DNA of 64,000 nt from Coniocarpon cinnabarinum. Its lineage: Eukaryota. The notes under the pieces are model-generated. The model was not told where the DNA came from. It did not search any database and worked only from the letters and a program-made list of their open reading frames with translations. The DNA lies in assembly GCA_051942205.1 (NCBI GenBank), contig JAVECO010000077.1, forward strand, positions 1 to 64,000, written 5' to 3'. Shown here piece after piece: positions 24,630 through 38,248 of the stretch. Position 1 is the first letter of the stretch. Each line of letters starts with the position of its first letter. A program made the position numbers and the translations under genes.

Positions 24630-25541
24630 TCAAACATCATATGGGTCAATGCCCTCACCATAAGCCCTCACATTCTCTTCTCCACCTCCTATGCCCATCC
24701 GCCCCTTATGTGTCCTCAAACCCCCTCTGTTCGCGTCCACAACAGTCCTGACCCACTTTGTGCCCCCTCTCTCATCCTTCACCGGCACACTCGCCGTTCC
24801 TAAGCCAGTGGGCTGACACTGATCGTAGATGTTCTCCCAGTTCCCCGCCGGTACCTCATACGCTTCGTGACTGAATCCCAGATACGGGTACTGCCGCCCG
24901 GTTCGGGACCACCAGTCCCAGCCCTCGCGGTGCGAATCACTATGCGCGAATTTGTGCACGCAGTCCAAGTTGCGGAAATAGAACACGGTCATCCGTTCGA
25001 CTGCAGCGGTGCGCTCGTCAACGTTGTGCCACATCTTGGCACCAAGGTAGCCTGTTTCTTCGGCGCGACTGCCGAGGTCTCGGACCATGCGCGCGTAGAA
25101 CTTGGCTAGCTTTCTGTAGCCAGGCGCAAGTATGCCAAGCGGATGGTTAGAGCGACTGTTGAGCAGGAAGACGGCGATTTTCTCGCCGCCGGGAAAGCCG
25201 TCGTCTGGGCGTGAGAAGCTACCGTCAGTATTCGGAATGACGGCAGCGTGTTTGCCCGGTACACAATTGATCATCAATGGATTGGCCTTCAGGCGAAGGG
25301 CCACGAGAATCGCGTCGATGACTTTGAGCGCGATGGCGAGTAAACAGGGTCCATACTGGTAAGTTGGACGTAACGGAAGTATGAAGAGGAGGCACTGAAG
25401 CGCAGCGCCGAGCAGGAGCCAAGTCTGAATCGTTAACAAGTCGCGTATGTTGTTGTGGAAGATTGTCCAGGGATTTTGGCCCGCATGCGACTTATGCCGG
25501 ACTGGGGAGTCGAGGTCTGAGAATAGTGGTGTGAACTGCAT
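24630..25541 (-). CDS. DUF4188 / Af470-like monooxygenase with N-terminal membrane segments
   Basis: RSNHPLGILAPG, YFRNLDCVHKFAHSDSHREGWDWW, SHEAYEVPAGNWENIY..PTGLG. Confidence 0.8.
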   Translation of the reverse strand: MQFTPLFSDLDSPVRHKSHAGQNPWTIFHNNIRDLLTIQTWLLLGAALQCLLFILPLRPTYQYGPCLLAIALKVIDAILVALRLKANPLMINCVPGKHAAVIPNTDGSFSRPDDGFPGGEKIAVFLLNSRSNHPLGILAPGYRKLAKFYARMVRDLGSRAEETGYLGAKMWHNVDERTAAVERMTVFYFRNLDCVHKFAHSDSHREGWDWWSRTGRQYPYLGFSHEAYEVPAGNWENIYDQCQPTGLGTASVPVKDERGGTKWVRTVVDANRGGLRTHKGRMGIGGGEENVRAYGEGIDPYDV

Positions 25542-28014
25542 AGCGATGGTGGCTGACGGCGCAAATCACAGGATAAGTCGTGCCAATGAACAGAAGGAAA
25601 TTAATGATTCAGGACTTTGAACTACGTGCAACGCGCTATGCTGTGCGGATTCTAGAGATGTTTGGTTTGCGCTGACTTGTTCGCGTCAGCTTCGAGGAGT
25701 GAATAGGCGGGTCTAAGTGAAGCGCGTGTAAGAATATCAGGAGCTGAACATTGCTTTTTACTTTACAAATACTTCGCTGGCGTTCTGCAATTTTTATTCT
25801 CTGAAGCAAGAGACACGGGAAGGCGTATCTGCGGAGCAACTCGTTTACGCGGGTTGCTCAATATGCGAGGTCACGTCACAGCAGACTCGGGGCGGAGGGA
25901 TATTTGAAATGACCGATGCGTTGTGTACAAATTGATTCTGTGTGATTTTTATTAAGCTTTGTCCCTCTCAATGATGCTTTCTTGATCTTTCGGTACCGAC
26001 AGTAATGATAGATGTCTACTTGGAAACTCGTATGAAGTGGAAAGAGTCTCAAAAGATTAAACACGTACGGGCGAAATTTCCTCCGATGGGAAGATCTGTT
26101 GTTAAGAGAAAAAAGTCACGTGACTTGAGATTGCTCTCAAGCCGTGCTATTCGAGTAGTTCAACTAAGCTCAGGCGCTTCTGATTCGATCTGGAGCTGTG
26201 TTCATCTTATCTCGATGCTAGAAATGATCACTCTGCGGGACATCTCTCACGCTCAAAAAAGTTCGTGCCTCCAGTGTGGGCGGGCGGGATCGAAACGGCA
26301 GTGGAGGCCAGAAGGCAAGTCAAAATCGATAACAAGATGTACCCATAAATATGTCCCCTGGCCGAGCGCTTTCTATGCAGCATTCAACAATTTTTAGCAG
26401 CGGGGAAGCAATCTTGTGGCGTACGATGGCGTATTATCTGACACAAATCAGGTCGTCGCCTTACAAGCATCTGAGGGTTTTTGCAACTCTGAACCAGTTT
26501 GGAGGTCTAAGCTTGCCCACTAAGACAGGTATGATTCCAGGCTGTTGGAATTTGCAGAGATCTAGACTCAGACAGCTCATGCCTATGACAAAAATTTCAA
26601 AGGAACCCTATCGTATTGATCATGGCCCCTCGTCATCTCGAAGGCCTAGTCTTGCGACCTGCTGTGTATTGACCGGTGCGTATGAAAGAGCCGCTCGCAA
26701 GATCTAAAAAGCAATTGTGCTCGTGCAGGTACGCTCGACGTTGCCGTCGCAAGAAGTTGTCGAGGTCTGTGAAAGGCGACGCTTCCGCTTTAGTTTCCCA
26801 TCTGTCTATTTCAGCAAGCTGAAGAATCGTTTTTGGCGGACGTTGACAGTCATCCGAAACCATACCTCTCTTCAATTCGATAGCACAAGACGTCGTCCTC
26901 GATCCTCCGACTTATTCCGCATTCGCCTAGCTCTTTCATGCGCAGTGAAGGTATCACATGGTTTTGCCAGTATCGATCGGCAAACATGGCGTCCAGCTGT
27001 TTTGGTACGTCAGGCACAAGACTCCTTTGCAGAATGAACACCGATGTGACATATCTTGGATGCTGGCACTTTGTGGCCCCCAAATCCTGATGCAGTGGCT
27101 CCATCTGATCGTGAAATGACCTCGCACACGGTTTGGTGCTTGAGGCGAATCGATCGCAGACACTTGGCGCAGGATGGTGGCCTCGGAGACGCTTTCAGAC
27201 GACGACAGAGGCTTCCACCATGTAAGGCGATTGAAACAAATCTCTCCAGAGCCTGCGCGGAAAACCTCCCAGAAGCAAGGGCAGACGTGCAGAGGCTCTT
27301 TCATGTTGTTGTACGAATGTATCCTGAAGTGAATGCTTTGTATAATATTTCTTCACGGTAGTGAGCGAATTCGTTCTTGCTTAACGCGTTTCTGTCAGTA
27401 GATAGCTCAAAAGACTGTACACGTACTTATGGACGACGACAAATCTCACGTTGGAACTTGAATGCCGGGAAGTCGCTCGTCCGCGCTTTCCTCAAGCGTT
27501 CATTGTGATCTTCTGCATGACATGAGACACCTTTAGCCCCCCATTCCGAAAGAATAGAAACAGCCCAGAATCTTCGGCTTGGCCGGTCAAATTCTGGTCT
27601 TGATTGCTTCACCTCTGGTGATGATCATCGAGTGAGCTACAAGCGTTAGAAAACATGAGATCATTGTTTTGCTCAGCTTTCTTGGAAGAGAGAGATGTAA
27701 AATGCAACATCTTGTTGGGAAAAACAGTGCGCGATTCTGCCACCGTGTGTGATTCCGCATTGCGGTTTTATTAATCGGTCTGTAACCCGCACATCTCGTT
27801 TGAGGGGATGTGGCGTCCACATGATCCGCGAAATATCATCCCGCCACTGACCAATCCTACAAGCGCAAATACTTGCCGCTTCGCTCGTGGCCATTTTGAT
27901 GCTTACCACATAAACTCAAAACGTCATGAAAGCGAGGATGTGAAGTCAAAGATGCATCTGTTTGATTTTCCCACCGCTCTCGAAACCAAAATCATTACAT
28001 CATATGGGTGTGCG

Positions 28015-31011
28015 TCAACTTACGCTCGCTACAATCAATGGTGCGACGCCCTCCTCCTCTGATCTTACAGTGACCTTCGTCGTGACGCCCGTCTTCGCAC
28101 TGTACGCCATTCGCACCGTCGCTGCGACCTTTCCACCAGTCACTGTGTTGCCGTACATCTTGAGGGTATGTGTGGAGGGGGTGAGAGTGATATCGGTGCC
28201 TTCGAGGGGTTGAAGAGAAAGGGTTCTCGTAAGAGCTTCGACAGCATCTGTGGTGTTTCCTCGTTAGCAAATAAGCGGTTACTAACTTCGCAAGAGAATT
28301 TCTTACCTTGTAAGCTCTTCATAGCGCTCAAGACCAAGGTCTCGCTGGCCTCTTCTCCATCTTGGACTGCCTCCCACACCTCATCAAAGCTGCCAGCAAA
28401 AGCCGGTATGGTGTAATCTGCGCCATTCAGATCGAGGTCTTCGACCTGATACTCGTCCTCATAGCCACCTTCATCGGGCTCACCCGTCGACGGATCAATC
28501 TCCTTGGTCGTGAATTTAAGAATGTTCGTGAAGCTCGTAGCTGCAAAGCTGCCACTAGAGTTTTTGAAAGCAACGTACGCGGTGCCTGGCTTGTCGGTCT
28601 CAAGTTTAGGTACTGGAATGATGAACTCCTCTTGTAGCTGCCCCTCTTCGTCATCGTTAGCGGATACTACCATCGAAACATTGGTCAGTAAGGTGTCGGG
28701 AAGGGTGTTCTTGATGTCGTATTGCAGTACAACAGCCTCTTTGAAAATGTGCTTCGTTGCTGTGACGACGTATTCAGTTTCGCTTTCTGTGAGAGCGACG
28801 TCACTGGAGCTCTTGAGCAGCGAGCCATAAGCTGCAATCTCTGGGATCTGTTGGAGTTGCTGCTGGTATTTCTCAGTCGTCGCAGCAACGTTACCAGCGG
28901 CATTGACATTGCCTTCATTCTCGGCAGCAGTTGGCTTGGCACTTGGTGCTTTGATGGTTGGCATTGCGGCGTTAATCTTCTTCGTGCGATCTTCCGCATC
29001 GGCTTGCTCGCGTGTGACGACAGGTACATTGGAAAGATCAAATGGTGTTGCGAACTTCTCTTGCTCTTCATTGGTGACATACATGACAAGTTGATGCTCC
29101 AGAACAGGCAGTGAGAACATGCTGTCATTGCGCACAAAACGTGTGGCGACATCGTCTTCTTCTGACATCAGCCGCAAGTTCAGCGCAGCACGGTCTCGTA
29201 CTTCGTCATCAGTATCATCAAGACATCTGGTGAGAAGCACGTTGACACTGCGCTTCACTTCTGGGTCTTTCTGGCCTACACCGAACTTGGCCAAAGCAGT
29301 GACGGCTGCTGCACGCACGATTGCATTTTCCAGAACGACGCGGTTATAAATATATCGAATGTATTTGGTAGGGTGTGACGTTTTTGGGCCTTCGATACCG
29401 AGGAGATGCAATATGCGGACAGAGAGCTTAGTGAACTCGCAATCTTCAATGAACTCGCAAAGATGAGCCAAGGCTAGACAAAGTCAGCGGAACCTCTCGA
29501 ACGACTGCTTGTCCCTAAATACTTACCATCCTCCTTGCTCTCAGGTACGAACTTGATGAGATCAAACATGCTTTCTACAACACTCCGTTTAAACTCGTAG
29601 CCGCCTTCGTCACGAAGTATGCCGCTGAGAAATGTGAGCATGCCGGCTTGTTTGCTAGGAAACTTCAAGCATAGTGTACGAATGGCCTCAACAATAGTGA
29701 CCTTGAACTCATCTGTGATGTCTGTCATGAAGCCTGAAATTTGCTTCATCAGCCTATCAACAGAGGATTCGTTACCAGTCTTCAGAAGGGCTGTAATCGC
29801 GAATGTTGCAATGGATCGATTCGAGTTGGAAATAAGCGCTTCGATGTCAGGATTGCACTGTCGAACAGCTTCCGGCTTAAGTGAAGCAAACTTGTGAAGG
29901 ATGCGTATGGCAGAGAATTTCGTGACGGCACGAGGTGAGGTTAAGAAGAGTTGCAACGTGTGGATAGCCTGAGCGACCTCCGCATCCGAGATGTCACCCA
30001 TGTCGCAGATTGCTTTTGCAGCTTCGAAGTTGACCATCTCACTCTTATGTCTGAGCCAACCATCCAAGAACTGCATCATTGGCTTCTTTAGGTTTTTATC
30101 CTCTTGTGCTATCTTGGCGGCGAGTCGCACAAGTAGCACCAGAGCCGCAGGACTCTTAACGGCGCCCGCTGCACCGAATTGTTGGACCATCTTCACAAGC
30201 GCCATCTTGTCGTGGCTTCGCATCTGGTAGAGCAACCCTATGGCGTGATACTGAGTCATGAAATTCGTGCTGGCGACAACTGGTGGCTGGCCGTGGTTGG
30301 AGTTGAAGCCCACAGAGAAGCCACCGCTGGATTTTGTAGACGAGGCGGCCTCTTGCGTCTCGCTTTGCCATCTTCTAACAACATCTTTAGCGACTGGAAG
30401 GAGGTGATATGAAGAAACAAGGGCGGCTGAGGAGACAGAGGGAGTCTTGTCTACGATTGCTGTCTTGATCAACCGCTCAATAGCTTGGACCGTCGAAGCC
30501 TAAAGTCTGTAAGCTTCAAGTATTTATGCCTGCAATGCCATAACCAAGCTTTTAATACTCACATCAATGATGCGACAAAGCGCCCGAATGGCATTGGCTC
30601 GATAGAGGACGTCACTACCGACCGCCGTGTCCTTCATGATACTGCTTGTAACCATGATGACATCGTCTGCGGAGCCTGAGAGCTCTTTCAGAACCAAGTA
30701 CACCATTTGCCGCAGGCTGGCATCTTTGTTCTGAAACAGTTTTGAGATCCCGAAAAAGAGGTCGGTAGCTTCGGTTCGAGGGAATTTCTCGCCGGTGAAA
30801 AGAAGTAGCGCGATCTTCGTTAAGAGTATGCGACATTTTCGAGGGGAAATAGGCGACGTATTGAAAACGCGGGCTTGAGTGTGGGTGAGCTAGAAGGATT
30901 ACAATGATTGAACTCTGGCGAAGGTGCATGCTTACCCTCTTGGAAGACCGACGTGCGGTCGACCTTGACAATGGCCGGCTCGGCATCCTCGTCCTTCTTG
31001 CCGTAACTCAT
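28015..31011 (-). CDS. SEC21: Coatomer subunit gamma, multi-exon
   Basis: MSYGKKDED, RTSVFQE, HLCEFIEDCEF, IYNRVVLEN, LTESETEY, C-terminus VTVRSEEEGVAPLIVASVS*; introns near 30934-30875, 30561-30500, 29526-29474 and 28306-28248. Confidence 0.97.
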
Positions 31012-31370
31012 GTTGCATGCATGAGCTGTTGCTCAATCCTCGAGGCTTCGCCAAGGGGATAAGAACGTCGAGAGGTTGGTGGATCTGAAGGTTGAATGTC
31101 CAATCACCGATCGGTGAAGCAAATATCAAGAACTTGACGATTCATCTCCTCCGCATGGTTCCTGCTCTTCAAAGACACTAGCTAAATCAACGAAATGTAC
31201 GGCCTTGAACATGGTGGACAATTCACAAAGGGCTGGCTGGTGCGATTGGGATTGGCGCGGAACACTTCCGTTAGGCAATAATTTAGTGGCCCTTGCTCCG
31301 TAGCGGGTGAAGTATGCACTTAAGGAGAGGTTTGACCATTCACAACCTCTTCGGCGAGCTCCAGCCCATC

Positions 31371-32126
31371 ATGAATCCTATGGACATGCCTGTGCAAGTG
31401 CCAGTGGACAATCCTAATGAGGACACGGAGTGGAACGACATACTTCGAAAGCATGGCGTTATACCCGAAAAGCCGCCAGATCCTGAACCAATGATACAAG
31501 AAGCACTCGTGGAGGCGCGGAGGCTTGCGCATGAGAACAGGCTCGAAGGCAAGAATCTCGACGAATTAGATGAGTTGGAAGACGAGGAGGACGATGGTTT
31601 CTTGGATCAATATCGTCAAAAACGACTGAATGAACTCAACACGATTTCACAGAAATCTGTGTTCAATCAAGTATACCCACTGCAAAAAGTTGATTATGCA
31701 AGAGATGTGACAGAAGCTTCGCAGAACTCGTCTGTGTGTGTGCTTTTGACCTCGTCAACCGGGACCAATCCTGAGTCGGCCCTCTTGTCGAGGTATTGGC
31801 ATCAGCTCGCCGCACGCTTTGGGGACATCAAGTTTTGTCAGATACGTGCTAATCTTTGCATCGAGGGCTATCCTGACAAGAACACGCCGACGGTTCTCAT
31901 ATACAAAGACGGCGACATTAAAAAGCAAATCGTGACTCTGCGGGAGCTTAGCGGCATGCACACAGCGCTTGAGGACTTGCAACGCATGCTTGTGTCTATC
32001 GGCGCACTGAAACACAATGATTCTCGCTTACAGCAAGCTGAGCAAGAAGGTCCTTCAGAGGTCAGAGGCAGTATCCGTGCTGGTAACACTACGAATGCGC
32101 AAGTTGATGCCGATGACTGGGATTGA
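31371..32126 (+). CDS. PLP2: Phosducin-like protein 2 (CCT co-chaperone)
   Basis: NPNEDTEWNDILRKHGVIP, LDELEDEED, CIEGYPDKNTPT, acidic DDWD end; divergent from SEC21. Confidence 0.92.
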   Translation: MNPMDMPVQVPVDNPNEDTEWNDILRKHGVIPEKPPDPEPMIQEALVEARRLAHENRLEGKNLDELDELEDEEDDGFLDQYRQKRLNELNTISQKSVFNQVYPLQKVDYARDVTEASQNSSVCVLLTSSTGTNPESALLSRYWHQLAARFGDIKFCQIRANLCIEGYPDKNTPTVLIYKDGDIKKQIVTLRELSGMHTALEDLQRMLVSIGALKHNDSRLQQAEQEGPSEVRGSIRAGNTTNAQVDADDWD

Positions 32127-32199
32127 AAGATTCATTGAAGTCCCAGTCGCTATATGCACTCCCAAGCCATCCAGCTGCAACGCAAAAGAGCAAACCTTC

Positions 32200-32656
32200 C
32201 TAGTCTGTGCCTGAACATGCAACAAAGTCGTTGTCACTTGCGCCACTGTGAGTGATCAACCCCACATATCCACATCCTCCAGATGTTGAGACAACTACGC
32301 GATCTGCCCCGGGCGAACCACCGTCGTATGTGCCGCTTTCAAGGATTGGGAATTCATAATAAGGTCCAGGAGCGCCATCGAAGCTGAAGCCTTCGTAGTC
32401 ATTGTACTATCCGTCATGGTCAGTTGAAACACATGGGGAGAGGGCTGGGCGGTCGCACCCTCTCAGGATACTTGCTGCCACCGGCTTCTCCGCCCTGGGA
32501 GATGTAGCTGCAAGCAGTGTTGGCCGCCGATGCGATTTTGCTTGCTGAGTAGCTGTCACTGCCGCACCGCTGGGTACCGCTTTGACGTTTCGACAGTGGA
32601 GACGCAGCTGCGAGGCCTAATAAGGCAAGGGTGAGGATAGGCGCTCCAGTGAACAT
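32200..32656 (-). CDS. Secreted guanyl-specific ribonuclease (RNase T1/N1 family)
   Basis: Signal peptide plus KR propeptide; intron 32458-32407; [40 protein letters not shown]. Confidence 0.92.
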
Positions 32657-33609
32657 GTTGGTATGGAAGGTTGACAATTGAATGCGCTCACACGCAGCCC
32701 ATTTCCTGTGGGCAATTGCTCTTAAATAATATGATATCTTCCTGGTGCCAGCTTGTCGCACTCTTTGAAAGTATTATGGGCACTCGGCGCTACGCTGTGA
32801 AGTGACCATGTCGCTCTTGTCAAATCAAGTAGCCAAACAGAGGCCACATGCATTAGCTACAGGCAAGGTAGTATTCCGATACGGCTGATATGTTGCAGAT
32901 CATGCCTGTAATGGGGAATGGTGAGGTGCTGTAGCGGCGGGATGATTTCCGAAAGCAACGTCAGGCCGAACTGTGGATCTCTTGTGCAGAGCCTCCCAAG
33001 CGCAATACTAGAAGAACGTGTTGAGAGAGCAGGGAGGAGTGGACGCGCGTTTGCGTGTGTTGGGACACGTTAGGACAGGGGAAGCCAACAGGTGGAGAGC
33101 GTCACATCAGATAGTCATTCATTACAACACGCACCACCGAGCTATTCCTACAAATCAAGGCCCAACGACCTGAAAGCGCGAAGGCGCTTGTCATCCTTCC
33201 GAGCATGTGTCAAGACTGGCCCGGCGTGCTTCTGTCTGCACTGCGCACAATAGCGCAGTTTCGGCAACGGGGACCGCGGCTCCTGTCGCAACGGGGCTGG
33301 CTGTGGCATGGACGCAGCAGGCTTCAGTGACGGACCTGACTGAGCCTTGGCTGTCGAGCTTGGGTGCTCGCTGGTGTCCACGGAGTTGATGGATTTGGCC
33401 CAGTCCGTTGATGCTGGATTCTGGGAGAGCTTCTGTGCAGGTCCTGGTGCATCGAAGTCTACTGAAACAAAGTGTCAGCATGCGTTCGACATACGATCAA
33501 GTCATCTTTTGTAGCCTTACTTGCTTTGACGAGAGGCGACGGAGTAATTACTCTGCCGCCTGGTCCTGGGTGAGGACGACCATATCGCGAACTGTCTTTA
33601 TCTCCATTG

Positions 33610-34357
33610 TCAGAACACGGATCGCGCGCAAACAAATGCTTCGTGATGCTTACACTGTTGTTGGTATGCTGCTTGCTCCTCATCCTCCTCTTCGTCAGTC
33701 CATGCATAAACGTCAATTGCATCACTTTCATGTGTGTTTTTGCCGTTGTCATGACTGGTCGTGAACTGGGGCTGCAGTGCAGTCGTCGTAGGCGTCCACA
33801 CAAGGGCAGTGTCGCCATCGAGCTTGACAGTTCCCGTACCAATAGGATTGAATGGAGCATGACTTGATGTGATCTCAGGCGATGATACGCTGGTAAGAGT
33901 CACATCTCGGAGCGTTGCTGGCTCTTGAACGGCAACGCTGAATTGTGCGTAAATGAACATTCGAACGTATGTCCATGAAATGATGAAGCTGATGACTCCG
34001 ACCACTGTCAGAACGGTCCGTAGCCAATCCACGAGCTGCAAATGCTGATCAGCATCATCTCCATGCCACAGAAACAATCTCAGAATCTCAACATGATATA
34101 CAGAAGCTCGGATGGCATCGTACATCTTTTTGATTTCATGGATCATCGTGAAATATGGGGTCGCCTACCTGTTTCTTGTAGACTTCCTCGGGAAGGCTAC
34201 CAAAGCGTCTCTGCACCCACAGATTCATCGCTGTTGCCCATGCCAGTCCGTAGCACATGCGCAACAGGTATTGGCCGTTGCAACCGTTTGACAAAAAGAA
34301 GACGCATGGCCAAAGGAGCGTCAGGATGGCTGGCAAGTCTGTAATCATGGGCGCCAT
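33610..34357 (-). pseudogene. Possible membrane-protein gene, fragmented or with an unresolved intron
   Basis: Two overlapping hydrophobic ORFs (73 and 178 aa) in different frames; GTAGG donor-like site near 34168 but only a weak acceptor. Confidence 0.35.
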
Positions 34358-35285
34358 GATTACAGGATTGAGAGTTGGATGAGCTTGTGTGATGGGTAAT
34401 TGGAATAGAGACCAGCTCTATGTTCCAGATGGTGTTGCTCAGTGGGTATGCTGTCTGATTGCGGGCGTGAAGGAAACTGGAAGTAGTGACAGAGGAGACG
34501 AGAATGTTGAAGACGAAGAGATAGTGAGGAAGAGATGTTTTACAGCAGGCAAAGCTTTAGTCGAGGAGACGACCTGATTACATTAGAATATCTCAAGGGC
34601 TGGAAAATCTGAAACACGAATGAATGGTGAATAGTCTCATTCACTTTGTTTGCTGTTTCATTGTTCTGGTCAATAGAAGTGCGCCTCCCTATTCATAGTG
34701 GCCATTCACCACCTGCCGCCAATAGAGATCTTGTTTCATAATCTGTCCACTCGCACGTCTGCTCCTGTGAAAAGTCTCTGCAGAATGCGATTGCAGTAGA
34801 GTGAATGTCGCAAGCCTTGATGAGAGTCTACTAGGCCGGAGCCAATTGGCTCAATGAGGCAGCCCATGAGCGACAGACTCCAACACAATGATTTGTCCAT
34901 ACAGCCAGTAGCAGTCGCAGCAAGATCATTCCTTGCATGTCGGTGGGCCGGCCAAACGAACAATACGAGTAGTGTTCGAAGCACAGAGTGAGATAGAAGT
35001 GCTGTGACCATCTGGATGTGAAAGCCTGAAAACCGAGGTATCAATACCTCTATGGTTTGATATCAGGAATCGTGGCGCAAATGCTACAGCGCAAATATTA
35101 CATTATTCTCATGATATTTGAAGACTTTCTTAGGACATCTAATTCTAAAGTCAATTTTTGGGGTCGATTCCGGATGTGCTTCCACGCTACAAATTTGCCC
35201 GTGGGGCATTTCTGGCTGAGGACGGACGCTTTTTTGTATACGCCATGATTTTTAGCGACCCAACCCTTGGCGAGCGTTTCTTCCT

Positions 35286-37171
35286 TTAATCTCCCACCTT
35301 TTCTGACATCCTTTCGGCTCTGAGATCCTTTCGCAGTATCTTGCCACTGGCGCTTTTGGGTATGCGTTCCCGGAAGACGACACTGCAGTCAATAACTTTG
35401 TATTTGGCCAAATGCTGCAACAGGAATCTTCGCACTTCGATGCTGGAAAGCTGAGCTCCGGCGACAGGGACTACATGCGCTTGCGGGACTTCTTCTCCAG
35501 AGTCAGGATTCGTGGTGATGCCAATGACGGCAGCTTCGGCAATACGGTCATGCTGCAGCAGAACCGCCTCAAGCTCTGCAGGTGCTACTTGCCACCCACG
35601 GACCTTAATCAGCTCTTTCTTCCGGTCGACGATGTAGATCTTTCCCTCGTGGATCTCACCAACGTCTCCAGTACGATACCATCCCCTCCGAATGAAGGCT
35701 GACGTAGTCGCCTCGTCGTCAGACAGATAGCCTTTCATGATAGACGCGGACTTTGCTAGCAATTCTCCTCGCCCTTCTTTCACCTCCCGGTCATTATCAT
35801 CGACCAACTTGATCCGGTATCCAGGCAGTGCTCTGCCAGCGGATCCAGTGAAGTCATGCTCCGGATAGTGAAATGTACTCAACCACCCGCATTCTGTCAG
35901 GCCCCAGACCTGTGCTATACGCGCCTCTGGCCGTAGCATTGATTCCACTGCCCTTGTTTGTGATTCGCCGTTCAACGGCGCTCCGCCACACCAAATGGTT
36001 CGAACTGATCCTAGCTGCTGCCTTCTCTGTTCCGAGTCATCAGCCAGCCATCTCACTATGATCGGAGGTACCAATGCGGTCTCTGTGACTCGGTAATTTT
36101 GAACTGCTTCAAGAAACTCTACTTCCGCAAATCGAGACATTACGAAAGTCGGAACACCTTCACGTATCCCAAGGATATTGGCGAGCGGCGATGCGAACGC
36201 ATGGAAAAATGGCACACACAGCAGGCGCACCGGTTTGAAATCTTTCGTATGCCGATCTTGAATGGACTGACACTCAGTTATCAGGTTTGCGTGTGTTCGC
36301 ACGGCGATCTTAGGAAGCCCGGACGTTCCTGAGGTCGAAAACAACGCAGCGGGTGTTGATCGCGCGTCCTTCTTGCTCTTCAGAACAACCCAGTCGGCTT
36401 GTCCGCAATGAAGCAGCTCCTCGAATCGACGCTCAGCCGAGGACCTGTTTACTAGTTGGGCAATGCTAGTGCTCGACGGAGAGCCGTGCGCCGAGTCTGG
36501 TCGAGACCTTGAGTTCCTCTTGTGTCTCATGAAATTGTAAGTGTCTTCAAAGTCAAAAACGAATATTTTGCTCGTCGCGAGATTGCATCGCTTGGCGGCT
36601 TCTACTACGCGAGTGATATGTGCCGTTGTTGTAATTACAATCTGTGTCTGAGACGTTCGAAAATGATGTTCAAGCTCGTCTGCTGTGTAAGCCGGGTTGG
36701 TCCCTGTGAAGCATCCACCTGCTCCAATGATACCTTGGAAGAACACGGGATACAAGATGCTATTGAAGTCGTGGACGCAGACAGTGGCGCCTTCGAGAAA
36801 CAGGCCATTATTCTCATGTTTGAGACCCGCTACAATACACCGCACCAATTGGATGATGTCTTCTTTTCTGAGGTAGTGGCTCGTGTCTGTGGGACTGGCA
36901 AAGATCTGGCTAATCATTGAGCTTTTGTGCAGGTCATTCCCTAGAGTGCAATGCTTACAAGATCTTTTCCACCGACCAATTCATTTCCTAACGTCCACGT
37001 CACAACATCTGAGCTCCGTCGCACGACCAGAGCCTTCTCACCGGCTAGCGGCAAAGCACACACCAAGCCTCTGGCCCTTGAACGTATCCACTCATAGGCT
37101 CTGTGCAGTACGCTCGATGGGCCCTGGGCACAGTCTGGACGCGCTTCTTGCTCTGACTCTCGAGCCGCCAT
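35286..37171 (-). CDS. 4-coumarate-CoA-ligase-like adenylate-forming enzyme (AfeA-like)
   Basis: STSGTSGLPK, WGLTE, YRTGD, KELIKVRGWQVAPAELE, PKSASGKILR; intron ~36958-36906; no C-terminal PTS1; start codon inferred. Confidence 0.9.
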
Positions 37172-38248
37172 TGAATTCGATGTGTTGGCTGTCACAAAAA
37201 CGGCGACTCAATGTTGCGATGTACCTTAATGCTGGTGTTCGCGTTTCACGACCACGACATATACATGGTATGATTTCAGGATCTAAGGAAGCAGCAAGGA
37301 TCCAGTACTACCACGCATCAGCAATCTATTCGCTCCAACTTTGGGCGAGTCTCGCCGATGGCTTTTCATCACAGCTGAAAAAGCCATGTGACATTCGCGT
37401 TGCGTGTACATGATTCAAGGAGCTTGAGGCAAAGGCGGAAGACACGATCAATCGCGATTATGCGAGAGACCCCAAGCTTGGCAATATACCCGCAAGCTGT
37501 TTTCGCCTCGTTTTCCATGGCTATCGGCTGCATTTGGAAAAGTGGAATTTCCTTAGAGCCGTGACACTAGGCATGAAATATCAGGGACTGATATACTCTG
37601 CGCTAGCGACCAGTGTAGCGTTGACGGCTGGGTACATATGGGCAAAAGGCGGCGCTTGCAGGCGGAACTTCCGCAATCTATCTCACATGGACATCCGCAA
37701 TTTGTGAGTGTATGCCTTTCCACCGCTGTTTATGCCTGACTCTCACGATAGAAGCCACCCAGTCTTGTACCGCTGTGGGGCAAACGACTCAATCTCTGCC
37801 GTCTATCTGCGCGATGGCATACTTTCGGGGCTGTGATAGCACTTGCGATACGGTCATTCCGCGCTTGCTGCACTTGTATCTGATCCTGGGATTGGCGATT
37901 CCTCTGGTGGCATGCACATGGAAACTGAACCAATTGAGACTGATCTCGTCATGAAGTCAACGATCCAGGCAAGGTACCAATCGCAAGCGTATACCCAACA
38001 TGGCACCATTCACCTTTCGCCAGCCCCGCGGACAGCCATTTGCAGCACTCCAGCCGTTCTCGCTTCCTGACTGGTGGTGACGTGTCTCTCATTTGACCAT
38101 CCTTCACAAACCGCTGACCATCTGCGCGTAAAATTACAGCATGCAAATACACTCTTCACCCCATGTCGCGCACAAACGGCTTCCATTCTCCGAAGCGATT
38201 CCCAGTCTCCTTCCAGCACCTTAGATTCTTACGGTTACATCCAGCAGA

